A DNA stretch of 32,000 nucleotides from Promethearchaeota archaeon (GCA_030606485.1 JAUWGH010000003.1:300001-332000); one strand, 5' to 3'; positions 1 to 10,525 are shown, counted from the first letter of the stretch. The notes: generated from the sequence alone by a model not told the origin. Made by a program: numbers and translations.

Positions 1-2
1 AT

Positions 3-227
3 TACGATAAAAATGGAGTTAAAAAATCGTGGGCAGAGATTGTAAAAGATTTTACTTCAATGAGAGGAACTGTTATATCTCCTCGAAAAAAATATCGAAA
101 ATTATATGATGATATGGTTTTTTTATATAAAGAATATGAAGATTTTGTGCTGCGTGGTGGAATAAACCCGGAAAAATATCGCCAGAAATTTATGGAATTA
201 TATTTTAAAAAGAATAAAAAAATTTAA
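3..227 (+). CDS. C-terminal end of a gene running in from the left edge; possibly an FGGY-family carbohydrate kinase
   Basis: Open frame 3 to TAA at 225-227: YDKNGVKKSWAEIVKDFTSMRGTVISPRKKYRKLYDDMVFLYKEYEDFVLRGGINPEKYRQKFMELYFKKNKKI. The 'SWAEIV...VISP...KLYD...LY' pattern loosely recalls FGGY kinase C-termini. The product call is weak. Confidence 0.5.
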   Translation, partial: YDKNGVKKSWAEIVKDFTSMRGTVISPRKKYRKLYDDMVFLYKEYEDFVLRGGINPEKYRQKFMELYFKKNKKI

Positions 228-266
228 AATTAAAGGCTTAGTTCAGGTATTTTTCATCCCAAAATT

Positions 267-3200
267 TCACCTAATTTCAACCAATTTAACTGGTTTTATC
301 ATAACTGGTCCAATTAAGCCCGAAGGCATAAACTCCTTTTTCTTTTTATGATTTTTCCAATTTTTTCCTCCTTTTTTACCATAACCAATCAACCGATTAC
401 GCAATGTTGGAGTTATTATAATTTCAATTTTATTTTCTCCACTTTTAACAATATCGCTAACATCTATTTCAAATGGATAAACCAATAACGGTTGAGTTTC
501 AATGTTGTTAATTTTTACGACTGCAACGTCATGGACCAGCCCAAGATTTAAAATTAATTTTAAATCTTCTTGGATGTATTTTTCCTCCAATATGAATTTT
601 AATGTATAAACACCTTTACTTGAGCAATATTTTAATTCTGGTATATTGCACCAATCTTTTAACTCCTCTAAATTGATATGAATAGGAGTGAAATTACCTA
701 GATGATCCCATAATTGAGTTTTAAAAACCCATTTCTCAAGTGAAATAGAAGAAGGTATTTCATTTTCGATTTTTATAACTTTCTCAGAACCATCGCTTAA
801 TTTTACTAAAAAATGGCCAGTAGTTTCAAGTAATCCGTAAATTTTATTATTAATTCTTTTAGTTTTGATTGGACTTTCAATAACGTGAATTTCTTCTTCA
901 CTTTTTTTAAATTCCAAGATATAAGAATCGTAAGCGTCAAAATATATATCTATCCTAATATAATCGTTCTCTCGTTTATACTGAACTGCTTGATTAATTT
1001 CTCCTGTCCATGGATTTAAAATAAATGGAATTTTGTCAATATGAGAAAATTTCATTGAGATATTTATCGGTTGATTGGTTGAATGACGAAGGAAATAACA
1101 GTCAGAATTTTCTGTAGCCTTATGAATATAATAAATTGACGGCTGTTCTCCCTCATATAAAATTTCGGGTTTAATTTTTAAATGTTCAATAATATATTGA
1201 GCGAGATTTATGGAATTCTCAACGTAATAAGATTTCTTATTTTCAATTAAATTCTTAATAATGCCTTCTATCTCTTTATCATTTACTTCAAAATTTAAAT
1301 ATCCGGGTTGTTTTTTAGGTAAAATATTGATGAATATAATTGGGATTCCAGATGTAGCAATATAATTTAATTTCCTTGCTAAGTCAAGTGAAATAGCATC
1401 AACATTCGGTAGTATTAATACCTCAAATTTAGCTCCCCCTATTAAAACTTTATTTTCCTTAACTTTACTATTTAATATGCTTTCTTCGTTGACATGTGTA
1501 TAATAGAAACCATTTGCAGTCAAGTTATCTGTTAAATTTAATAGAGATAAAGTCCATTTATCATTACCGTCTAAATTTTCCTTATTTTTTAAATGGGCAT
1601 TAATCTGACCTTTTGCTAAGGGAGCATCATTTTCATCCAAATACCCACCGACTAATTCCTCTTTTTTTAATATGGAATCACAATAATTAAATATTGGATA
1701 AAAAATTGCAACATTAGATACAGTTTTCCCGTGTTGTAATATATATTGGCATCTAGTTATATATTTATTCATAATTGGGAAATACTCCCAAAATGGGTTC
1801 ATTCTACTGAAATTTGATGAAAAATTCATTGAATTTGGTAAATAAGGTGTAGAAAACCCACAATAACCGGGGTATGGAAATAATGGATTTTGATAAGGGA
1901 AACCATGATATATCATCTGATTTATTCCTGAAATAAATAATCTATCTGCAGCAACTTTCCACTTAAGTGGTGTTGTCATATAATCTCTCTGATTCCATAC
2001 AATAGATTCAGCCGTAACAATGGGTTTCTCATATATTAAACCTGCAGAACCAGCTAATTTCAAAAAATCAATAATTCCTCCAGCATAAAGTTGTTCGGTT
2101 TCGGGTATATGAGCAATTCCAAAACACTTTAAAGTATCTGCTCTAATACCATAAGCTTGAATTCGGCTTTCTAATTTATACTTATTGGCCCAATCTGTCA
2201 TTGTTTGAACAAACTCTTCAGAAAATAAGTCTGAAATAGTTTTTTCAAAATCATATCTAAGTCTTTCCCCACTTTCATCTTTAAAGTCAAAACAGGGAAT
2301 TTCACCGCCAAGAAATGCTTGGAGATATTTATTATCCCTATTTGGAACAAAACATACCGGAAGAAAGGGAGTTAAATCATATCCTCGTCGCTTTTTAAAT
2401 TGTTCTAAGAAATCATCTGTCCATAACCAGTCAGAACTTAATTCCAAACTGTCAGTAAAGAAAGCCCTTAAAGTATTTCCAAAATAATTTCCAAAATATT
2501 TCTTTCCTTCCCCTAGATGTAAATCTAAATGCTTTTTAATAGATTTAGATGAGAGATGATCTAAAACCAAACTAACTTTATCAGGAGAAGATCTGCAATC
2601 AAATAATGGTATTGATCCTGAAGGACCCTTATAGAAAGCAAATATTTGCCAATCTCCCTCAGGTACTTTCCAATCTAAAATATTATTAGTTTTTACTTTA
2701 TTAGTTAATATTATAATTGATTTTTTGTCAATATAAGCGGTCTCAATTTCTCTGTATTTGATTTCACCTGGTTTTCCTATAGGTTTAGCTGCTACAACAG
2801 CTTCTAATCTCATATCTTCCTTGATAAATTTTCGTTGGCCTAAGCCTACATTTGGTGGATCCTGAAATTGTAGTTCACCTACGTAGTGTATTGGACCTTT
2901 TATATTTTTTTGACCGATTAATAAAACCTTCATAGAATCATCTTTAGTAATATGAGTACCTCCAGCAGGCCAAGCAGAACCAATAGTGAGATCTATTATC
3001 ATATCTCGCTTTGATGCTTCTTCTAAAACAGTCTTAATCATTTCATAGTAATATGGCTGCATAAACCTATGAGAACGAGCAGCTCTTTTCGTATCTCTTT
3101 CTTCTAATCCCATTGGAGAACCTATCATAAAGACTTGAATTTCAGCCCCCAAAAATCCAGATTCATCTAAATCTTGAATTTCCTTTATTAATTCTTCCTT

Positions 3201-3311
3201 TTCCACATCACATCCTGTCCACCACCATCTTACTAAGGATCGAGCGGATTTTGGTGGGTCTTTAAATTCTTTCCAATAAATATCTTTTAAATTAATTATA
3301 TTTTTTTTCAC
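267..3311 (-). CDS. Glycoside hydrolase family 106 (alpha-L-rhamnosidase-like), 1014 aa
   Basis: N-terminal RWWWTG...GFLGAEIQ, DLTIGSAWPAGG, FFTDSLE, IPETE and ADRLFISGINQMIYHG motifs. C-terminal beta-sandwich with LNLGLVHDVAVVKIN and PSGLIGPV. GTG start. Confidence 0.85.
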   Translation of the reverse strand: MKKNIINLKDIYWKEFKDPPKSARSLVRWWWTGCDVEKEELIKEIQDLDESGFLGAEIQVFMIGSPMGLEERDTKRAARSHRFMQPYYYEMIKTVLEEASKRDMIIDLTIGSAWPAGGTHITKDDSMKVLLIGQKNIKGPIHYVGELQFQDPPNVGLGQRKFIKEDMRLEAVVAAKPIGKPGEIKYREIETAYIDKKSIIILTNKVKTNNILDWKVPEGDWQIFAFYKGPSGSIPLFDCRSSPDKVSLVLDHLSSKSIKKHLDLHLGEGKKYFGNYFGNTLRAFFTDSLELSSDWLWTDDFLEQFKKRRGYDLTPFLPVCFVPNRDNKYLQAFLGGEIPCFDFKDESGERLRYDFEKTISDLFSEEFVQTMTDWANKYKLESRIQAYGIRADTLKCFGIAHIPETEQLYAGGIIDFLKLAGSAGLIYEKPIVTAESIVWNQRDYMTTPLKWKVAADRLFISGINQMIYHGFPYQNPLFPYPGYCGFSTPYLPNSMNFSSNFSRMNPFWEYFPIMNKYITRCQYILQHGKTVSNVAIFYPIFNYCDSILKKEELVGGYLDENDAPLAKGQINAHLKNKENLDGNDKWTLSLLNLTDNLTANGFYYTHVNEESILNSKVKENKVLIGGAKFEVLILPNVDAISLDLARKLNYIATSGIPIIFINILPKKQPGYLNFEVNDKEIEGIIKNLIENKKSYYVENSINLAQYIIEHLKIKPEILYEGEQPSIYYIHKATENSDCYFLRHSTNQPINISMKFSHIDKIPFILNPWTGEINQAVQYKRENDYIRIDIYFDAYDSYILEFKKSEEEIHVIESPIKTKRINNKIYGLLETTGHFLVKLSDGSEKVIKIENEIPSSISLEKWVFKTQLWDHLGNFTPIHINLEELKDWCNIPELKYCSSKGVYTLKFILEEKYIQEDLKLILNLGLVHDVAVVKINNIETQPLLVYPFEIDVSDIVKSGENKIEIIITPTLRNRLIGYGKKGGKNWKNHKKKKEFMPSGLIGPVMIKPVKLVEIR

Positions 3312-3429
3312 CTTTACAATATTATTTTGGAATTTAACTTTATGAAATTTTATGAATTTTTTTTTTAATCATTTTAATAAAATAGCATAGTGAGATAATA
3401 TAAAGGAAAAAAAATTCTAGAAATCACCG

Positions 3430-4509
3430 TTGAAAAAAAGTAAAAGTTATGCCATTTGGCGCGAAAGTAATGGTCAAAAATATTTAGAAATTTGTGCTCT
3501 GGATTATTATACATTAGGTCTTTTTGAAGGAGAATATCTTTCTAAAAAAATTAAAGAAATGAAAATACTCATAAAAATACTTTCGTTAAAATATCTCCCT
3601 AAAAAATTTTCTTACAAAAAATTCAAAAAAATTGCAGAAAATTATGAAAAGTTTATTCCGAAATATCTACAATCGGAAATGTTAGGAATGGCGGATGCAA
3701 TAAAAAATGTTTCATATGAAGATATACTTTTACAAAATTGTTTCTTAGATTTACTTTACGGTCAATTGATCCCAAAGGACATACACAACTCAATTCTACA
3801 TTCTTATGATCTTGGTTGCACATCTTTCGGGGCAATCAATCAAGATTCAACTTTGATTGGGCAAAATTTTGATTTCTCAATAATTTTCAAACCTGCTCTC
3901 TCTTTTACTTTACTTAAAATGCCAAAAAAACCTGAAATATTTTCATTAAGATTAGGATCAATGTTAAGTCTCCCAGCTGGAAGAAATAGTTATGGTGTTT
4001 CTATAGCGGTTAATGTCGTTAAAAGTCGTGTCGAGGGATTTTTTTCGATTCCAGTTACAATAAAATCTCGTATAGCGCTTGAATCGAGTAAAAACGCTGA
4101 ATCTTTGTATAATTTTCTAATTAGCAGACCGAATTCCACCAGCGGCAATTTACTCATTTCAGATAATTCAAAAATCATTGCTATGGAAATTTTACCTTTT
4201 GATCATATAAGGGAAGATATTGTCCGTATAGTTGTCAGATCAAATACCTATATTTCTGATTCTTTTCAAAAATATCTTATTAAACCAAATTATTCAAAAA
4301 AAAGGCAGAAGTATGCAGAAACTCATTTGAATGAAATTTATAATAATAAATCATTAACTGATGATAAATTAATAAATTTACTGGCTGATGAACCAATTAT
4401 TTGTCGCCTTAAGCGTCGTAAATCTATGACGATTGCTTTCCTTACGAAGAAATATTTCGGAATAGGAAATACAAAATATGATGAACCTGGTATTGTTCCG
4501 ATAAAATAA
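3430..4509 (+). CDS. C45-family autoproteolytic acyltransferase/hydrolase (Ntn-hydrolase fold)
   Basis: EMLGMADA N-terminal helix, G-CTSFG (Cys nucleophile), GQNFDF and GRNSYGVSIAVN motifs. TTG start. Confidence 0.8.
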   Translation: MKKSKSYAIWRESNGQKYLEICALDYYTLGLFEGEYLSKKIKEMKILIKILSLKYLPKKFSYKKFKKIAENYEKFIPKYLQSEMLGMADAIKNVSYEDILLQNCFLDLLYGQLIPKDIHNSILHSYDLGCTSFGAINQDSTLIGQNFDFSIIFKPALSFTLLKMPKKPEIFSLRLGSMLSLPAGRNSYGVSIAVNVVKSRVEGFFSIPVTIKSRIALESSKNAESLYNFLISRPNSTSGNLLISDNSKIIAMEILPFDHIREDIVRIVVRSNTYISDSFQKYLIKPNYSKKRQKYAETHLNEIYNNKSLTDDKLINLLADEPIICRLKRRKSMTIAFLTKKYFGIGNTKYDEPGIVPIK

Positions 4510-4765
4510 TTCTTGATTTTCTATATTGTTTAAAAGTTTTTACATATTCTAATTATGGAATAATATGGATATGAATTAAATTAAGAAGATCTACTAAATT
4601 AATTGCTTTCAAATATAAAAAGACATCATAAAATTGAATAATTTCCATTTTAGTAATTTTTTCATGTAGAATTTGCAAAAACTATTATTTCAACATATTT
4701 TTTTTATTTTTTAAGGATTCAAATAGATTGAATTAAATGTAGTTCGACATAAATGAATATGAAGT

Positions 4766-4957
4766 TTAAATTTCGGCTCCTAAAAAACCCGCCTTATCCA
4801 ATTCTTGGATTTCCTTTAATAATTCATCTTTCTCCACATCTAAGCCCGTCCACCAAAATCTTACCATTGGACGAGCAGATTTTGAAGGATTTTTGAATTC
4901 TTCCCAATCAATATCGTTTAGATTAAACATCAATCTTTCATTTTTTGAATTTTTCAA
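4766..4957 (-). pseudogene. Truncated 5' fragment of a GH106 paralog/allele
   Basis: 38 of 52 aligned residues are identical to the N-terminus of the 267..3311 protein. It ends in TAA exactly where the intact gene has CAA (Gln of GAEIQ). No recognisable GH106 homology continues beyond the stop. Confidence 0.85.
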
Positions 4958-5034
4958 TTATTTCTAATTACATTTTTATAATAGAAAAGAGTAATTCTTT
5001 AGATATTGAAATGAAAATCATTGAAAAATTATAA

Positions 5035-6723
5035 ATGATATATATGAGTGAAGAAAATTGGGAACCTATTTTTGATTATAAGAACGTATCAAAATATGTA
5101 GATCTTAACAGACCTTGGTTAAAATTTTGGCCCGAAGATATACCTAAATCTATAAAATTTGAGCCCATTTGCATTCATGATTACATTCGCAATATTGCTA
5201 AAAAATATCCAAATAATGTTGCTATTGAATATTTGACGAAAGATAAAAAATACACATACCGTGAGATATTTTGGTATGCTGATAAGATTGCAAATGCTTT
5301 ATCTGAATCTTTAAGAGTTAAAAAGGGAGAGTCCGTTGCAATAATGACGGGAAATGTACCTGAATTCGTATTTTCAGTTTTTGGTATTACCCAATGTGGT
5401 GCATCTGTATCTCCTATAAATCCCTTATTAAAAGCACCAGATATAGTTCATATTATAAAAGAAGCTGGAAATATAAATACGGTATTTGTTCATAAGGCAA
5501 ATTATAGAACAGTAAAGAAAGCAAGCAGAGAAGTTAAAATTGAAAACATAATTTTATTGCAAGCAGAGGAGGGTAAGGATGATGCCATCACTTTTGAAGA
5601 GTTTATCGCAGATGCTATTCCTAAACCTCCTAAAGTCGATATTGATCCAATGAATGATATCGCAGCGCTTTTATTTACTGGAGGGACTACCGGCCTTCCT
5701 AAAGGCGTAATGCTAACTCACAACAATCTTGTAGCAGATGCATTGAGCACAATAAATATAGATAAACCTACTATAGATGAAACGATAGGAACTGGTGTAA
5801 CTATTCAAGTTATACCTATTTGCCACAGTTTTGGATTTGAAATGTCAATTATATATATGGCTTCAGCAGCAATGATGATATTTCCCGGTCAATTTGATCC
5901 AAAAGTAATTTTGAAATTGATTGAGAAATATGAAGTTGAATTGGTTGTATTAGTTCCAGTCATGTACCAAATGCTGGTTAATCACCCAGATTTTAGAGAA
6001 CGAGATCTTTCTTCTTTAACAACTGCCACATCTGGTTCTGCGGGTTTGCCACCAAAAGTAGCAAGAAAATGGGAAGAAGGAACACATGGAATAAAAGTAG
6101 GGCAAGGTTTTGGATTAACTGAAACATCTCCTATTACGCATATGCAACCATCATGGCTTCCTGAAATAAGACCAGAGAGTATTGGTATTCCAATCACAGA
6201 CACAGATGCAATAATTGTGAATCCTAAAACATTAGAAGAACTTAAAATTGGAGAAGTCGGTGAATTGCTGATTAAAGGACCACAAGTTATGAAAGGTTAT
6301 TGGAAAAGGCCTGATGCCACAAAAGAAGTATTAATTAAAGGTGGTTGGCTGAGAACTGGCGATCTAGCCAGGATGGATAAAGAGGGATATTTTTACATTG
6401 AGGGAAGGCAAAAAGATATAATAAAATATAAAGGCTACAAGGTAATGCCTAAAGAAGTTGAAGAAAAACTAATAGAACACCCAGCTATTTTAGAAGCTGG
6501 TGTAGTAGGAGTTCCAGACCCAAATATTGGTGAAACTATTAAGGCTTTTGTAGTTCTAAGAGCGGATTTTAAAGAAAAAATTACTGAACGTGAAATTCTT
6601 GAATGGTCAAAGCAGCATTTAGCCGGATATAAGTATCCCCGTCAATTGGAAATTGTCACAACGCTCCCCAGAACATCTGTTGGGAAGATATTTCGAAGAA
6701 AATTAAGAGAAAGAGAGGTATAA
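5035..6723 (+). CDS. Long-chain fatty acid--CoA ligase (ANL/AMP-binding family)
   Basis: FTGGTTGLPKGVMLTHNNL, GFGLTETSP, GELLIKGPQVMKGYW, WLRTGDLA, and C-terminal PRTSVGKI with the catalytic Lys. Confidence 0.9.
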   Translation: MIYMSEENWEPIFDYKNVSKYVDLNRPWLKFWPEDIPKSIKFEPICIHDYIRNIAKKYPNNVAIEYLTKDKKYTYREIFWYADKIANALSESLRVKKGESVAIMTGNVPEFVFSVFGITQCGASVSPINPLLKAPDIVHIIKEAGNINTVFVHKANYRTVKKASREVKIENIILLQAEEGKDDAITFEEFIADAIPKPPKVDIDPMNDIAALLFTGGTTGLPKGVMLTHNNLVADALSTINIDKPTIDETIGTGVTIQVIPICHSFGFEMSIIYMASAAMMIFPGQFDPKVILKLIEKYEVELVVLVPVMYQMLVNHPDFRERDLSSLTTATSGSAGLPPKVARKWEEGTHGIKVGQGFGLTETSPITHMQPSWLPEIRPESIGIPITDTDAIIVNPKTLEELKIGEVGELLIKGPQVMKGYWKRPDATKEVLIKGGWLRTGDLARMDKEGYFYIEGRQKDIIKYKGYKVMPKEVEEKLIEHPAILEAGVVGVPDPNIGETIKAFVVLRADFKEKITEREILEWSKQHLAGYKYPRQLEIVTTLPRTSVGKIFRRKLREREV

Positions 6724-6909
6724 ACTTTTTAACAAGAATAATCTCAAATATTTTACAAAATAATCCTTTTTTTATTTATCATATCTGAATTTATCAAATC
6801 TTATTAAATTTCATTAATAAAAACATGGTTAATACCTTAGACATAAATGATGAAAACGATTAATTCAATTGATCAGATAAATAAAAACTTATAAACTTCA
6901 AAGTTTAAA

Positions 6910-8229
6910 TTGATAATTATGTCGAGACGAGATATTGCTTGGTATGAAAATCCTGAAATAAAAGGTTTATTTATCAAAGCAGCGAGCAATGCAATGCGTG
7001 GATACCACGCTCCCATAACAAGTCCCAAAACTACTTTTACTGGAACAAACAGTTTAACTGATTTTATAAATCATTTAGGAGCATTTTTAAAGGATGGAGA
7101 AAAAAGGGTTTTGATTGTTGTTGATAAAGATTTGAGAAAGTTTGGAGAGAAGGTAGCTGAGCGATTGGCAACTCTAAGAGGCATTGATTCAAGGCTATTC
7201 GATAATGTTTTACCAGATGTTCCCAAATATACTGTTTCAGAAGGAGTAGAAATCTGTAAAGAATATGATCCAAAGGTAATTATATCTGTAGGAGGAGGTT
7301 CTGCTATTGATACCAGCAAAATGATTTTATTATATTATGAGAGACCGGAGATTAATCTAAATAATTTAATGGCTCCAAGTTATTTAGGTCTTAGAAAAAA
7401 AGTACATTGGTTAGTTGCTATACCAACCACAAGTGGAACCGGAGCCGAAACTACTTTTATTGCGGTTGTATCCGATACAGATCGAGACCCGCCAAAAAAG
7501 ACTGAAGTTGTATTATATGAACTTTGCCCGGATTTCGCCGTATTAGTTCCTGAATTTGTAAAAACTATGCCTCCATACTTAACTATGGGGACAGGAATCG
7601 ATGCTTTAGCACACGCTATGGGGAGTTATGTCTTAACAATGAGTACGGATTTTTCGGACATGTGTAATTTAAAGGCTATTGAATTAATATTAAAATATCT
7701 TCCACGTTCTGTGAAAAGAGGAAATGATATGGAGGCACGAGAGAAAATGCAGTTAGCCGCTTATATCGCAGGATTGGGGTTTGGAAATGTTTCTGGTGGA
7801 ATTGAACATTCAATGGGTCATTCATTTGGGGCTTTGTTTCACGTGCACCATGGGGTATGTGTTGGACTATTTCTATGTGCTTCAATTGCATATCAATCGA
7901 AGGTAACAAATCGCTTTTTGGACTTAGCGAGGTTATTTAGCGTTAATACAGAAGGAAGAAAGCGTAATGAGATATTAAAAGAATTATTAGAAAAATTAAG
8001 AGAGTTCATGAGGTCGGCAAAGTGTCCTATTTCTATAAGAGAACTTGAACAACCAAAAATTTCCAAGGAAGATTATTTAGCCAATATTGATCAAATGGTT
8101 GAATTTGCATTCAATGATTATTGCACCTTATCTTCCTCACGCAAGATTGATCCTCCTCAATATCGAAAGATTTTTCTAATGTCCTATGACAACAAAATAG
8201 AAGATTTAATGGAATTATATTATAAATAA
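6910..8229 (+). CDS. Iron-containing (group III) alcohol dehydrogenase
   Basis: GGGSAIDTSK, AIPTTSGTGAE, and metal ligands in GIDALAHA, EHSMGH and HHG. Confidence 0.9.
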   Translation: MIIMSRRDIAWYENPEIKGLFIKAASNAMRGYHAPITSPKTTFTGTNSLTDFINHLGAFLKDGEKRVLIVVDKDLRKFGEKVAERLATLRGIDSRLFDNVLPDVPKYTVSEGVEICKEYDPKVIISVGGGSAIDTSKMILLYYERPEINLNNLMAPSYLGLRKKVHWLVAIPTTSGTGAETTFIAVVSDTDRDPPKKTEVVLYELCPDFAVLVPEFVKTMPPYLTMGTGIDALAHAMGSYVLTMSTDFSDMCNLKAIELILKYLPRSVKRGNDMEAREKMQLAAYIAGLGFGNVSGGIEHSMGHSFGALFHVHHGVCVGLFLCASIAYQSKVTNRFLDLARLFSVNTEGRKRNEILKELLEKLREFMRSAKCPISIRELEQPKISKEDYLANIDQMVEFAFNDYCTLSSSRKIDPPQYRKIFLMSYDNKIEDLMELYYK

Positions 8230-8236
8230 AGGAGAG

Positions 8237-10105
8237 ATGATAAGAAAAATGACTCAATTGTTTGGATATAATGGAAAAATTGCATATATTGATCTAAGCA
8301 ATCAGAAGATTGATGTTAAAGATCTTGATCCTCATATTGCAGAGAAGTATATTGGTGGAGTAGGTTTATCAGCAAAACTAACTTACGATCTCCTTACGGA
8401 TAATGATTATGAAATATTAAAATCAGATCCGTTTGCTGGGATTAACCCACTGATTTTTGCAACTGGTCCTTTAACCGGAACAGCTACACCCTCTAGTAGC
8501 AGATATTCTGTTGCTGGAATATCTCCTTTAACAAGGATTTGGGGTGAATCAACATCGGGTGGATTTTTTCCAGTAATACTAAGAAGATGTGGATATGATG
8601 CATTAGTTATAACTGGAAAGGCTAAGGAACCTTTATTTTTATCTGTTAATGATGGAGATATCTCTTTTAAGGATGCAGAGAATATCTGGGGCAAAAATAC
8701 AAGGGAGACAACAGAATTAATTAAAAAAAAACTTGGTGACGATAAAATACATCTCGCTTGTATCGGACAGGCTGGTGAGAATTTGGTTAAATATGCTGCG
8801 ATTATAAATGATGAAGGAAGAGCAGCCGGAAGATGTGGTCTTGGAGCTTTAATGGGAAAAAAGAAATTAAAAGCGATCGTTGTTAAAGGGAAGAAAAAAA
8901 TAGAATATGCAAATAGAAATGAATTAATAGAAAAAGGTAAAGACTCATTAAGAAATATACATAATGCTTTTGCAACTAATTTCTATAGTCATTATGGTAC
9001 ATTAATATATTCTGATATGGGAATGGTTCTTGGGGATATACCGGCAAATTATTTCACAAATACGGAATTTGTTGCTGAAAACTTAACAGGACGGGCACTA
9101 AAAGAACAATACCCCGTTTTGAAATATGCATGTGCGGGATGTACAATAGGTTGTGGTAGAACTACTATTATTGAAATAAACGGTGAGGAAGTTAAAGTTG
9201 ATGGGCCAGAATATGAAACAACGGCATCTTTTGGTCCAATGTGTGGCATTTTTGATTTTAAACCTATAATTCAGGCAAATCATATTTGCAATCTTGAGGG
9301 TGTTGATACAATTTCTAGTGGAGTTTCAATATCATTTTTAATTTACCTCGTTGAAAATAAAATCGCAATTGACAAAATTCAAAAATATTTATCAGATATT
9401 ACTTTGGAGGAAATAAAATGGGGAAGTAGTGAAATAATGCTTAAACTATTAAATAAAATCATTAGAAAGGAGGGAATTGGAGAATTACTTGCAGAAGGAG
9501 TACGAATTATGGCTAATAAATTAGGTGTAGATCCGGGATTAGCCGCTCATGTAAAAGGTCTGGAAATCCCAATGCATGACCCAAGGGCATATGCAGGTCA
9601 GGCTCTTACATATATGACTTGTTGCATAGGTGCTAGCCATGAAAAAGGCGATTTCTTTAATATTGATGGTGATGCTGCATCATTTTCAAAAATAAGAAAA
9701 AGTGACCGGTTTAAGATTAACGAGAGAGAGGAATCTGTTATGGCTTTACAAGATTTAACATGTATATATGATTCTTGCGTAATTTGTAACTTTCCACATA
9801 TCAATATTCCAGTTATGGGACGTTTATTAAAAGCCGCTACTGGTTTTGAATCTCTTGGGAAAAAGAAATTATTTATGAGAGCAGGAGAAAGGGCATCAAA
9901 TGTTAAGAGACTTATTTCCTGCAAATTAGGAACAACAAGAAAAGATGATACCTTACCAGAAATTGTCACCAGAGTTTTAGAGAGTGGCGGTACCGCAGGA
10001 TTTAAATTAGATTTATCAGAAAATTTGAAAACATACTATGAAAAGCGAGGATGGAATGATAACGGCGTCCCAACGAATGAAAAATTAGATGAATTGGAAA
10101 TCTAA
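8237..10105 (+). CDS. aor: Tungsten-type aldehyde:ferredoxin oxidoreductase family protein
   Basis: GYNGKIAYIDLS, GRAAGRCGLGALMGKKKLKAI, CAGCTIGC Fe-S motif, DGPEYET, GVDTISSG, KGLEIPMHDPR. Starts 7 nt after the ADH stop. Confidence 0.92.
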   Translation: MIRKMTQLFGYNGKIAYIDLSNQKIDVKDLDPHIAEKYIGGVGLSAKLTYDLLTDNDYEILKSDPFAGINPLIFATGPLTGTATPSSSRYSVAGISPLTRIWGESTSGGFFPVILRRCGYDALVITGKAKEPLFLSVNDGDISFKDAENIWGKNTRETTELIKKKLGDDKIHLACIGQAGENLVKYAAIINDEGRAAGRCGLGALMGKKKLKAIVVKGKKKIEYANRNELIEKGKDSLRNIHNAFATNFYSHYGTLIYSDMGMVLGDIPANYFTNTEFVAENLTGRALKEQYPVLKYACAGCTIGCGRTTIIEINGEEVKVDGPEYETTASFGPMCGIFDFKPIIQANHICNLEGVDTISSGVSISFLIYLVENKIAIDKIQKYLSDITLEEIKWGSSEIMLKLLNKIIRKEGIGELLAEGVRIMANKLGVDPGLAAHVKGLEIPMHDPRAYAGQALTYMTCCIGASHEKGDFFNIDGDAASFSKIRKSDRFKINEREESVMALQDLTCIYDSCVICNFPHINIPVMGRLLKAATGFESLGKKKLFMRAGERASNVKRLISCKLGTTRKDDTLPEIVTRVLESGGTAGFKLDLSENLKTYYEKRGWNDNGVPTNEKLDELEI

Positions 10106-10119
10106 ATTAACCTTAAATA

Positions 10120-10127
10120 TTTTTTTT
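10120..10127 (+). terminator. Oligo-T terminator candidate after aor
   Basis: T8 run about 15 nt after the aor stop. Archaeal intrinsic terminators are oligo-U runs. Confidence 0.45.
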
Positions 10128-10180
10128 CTATATTTTTCTGTAAAAAAGAATCTCTATTTATAATTCAATTTTTATTTCTA

Positions 10181-10405
10181 TTATAAAACTTTAAAAAATT
10201 GGTCCAATCGTTCCTTACCTTGATATTTCAAAAGTTTTTTTAACGATTTTTTATCTATACTATCAGTTGCCAATAGAAAAGTCTTGAATTCTCCATCTTG
10301 CTCAATTTTAGCAATAATTTCTATGGTTTTATCTTCTTCTATTTTTACACTCTTTATTGTATTAAAATCATATATTTGTCCAGATCTTAATTTTATTTCC
10401 ACCAT
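10181..10405 (-). CDS. Small hypothetical protein (74 aa)
   Basis: ATG-started ORF filling an intergenic gap with protein-like composition. No motif recognised. Confidence 0.6.
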   Translation of the reverse strand: MVEIKLRSGQIYDFNTIKSVKIEEDKTIEIIAKIEQDGEFKTFLLATDSIDKKSLKKLLKYQGKERLDQFFKVL

Positions 10406-10525
10406 TTTTTAAAACCAATTCACTTAGAAGTGATACCTTGTGGGTAATTATTACTTACTATAAAGAAAAAATCAATTTATTTTAAGGTATAATTGATTTT
10501 AAAATTTTGTTAAAAAAAATAAAAT

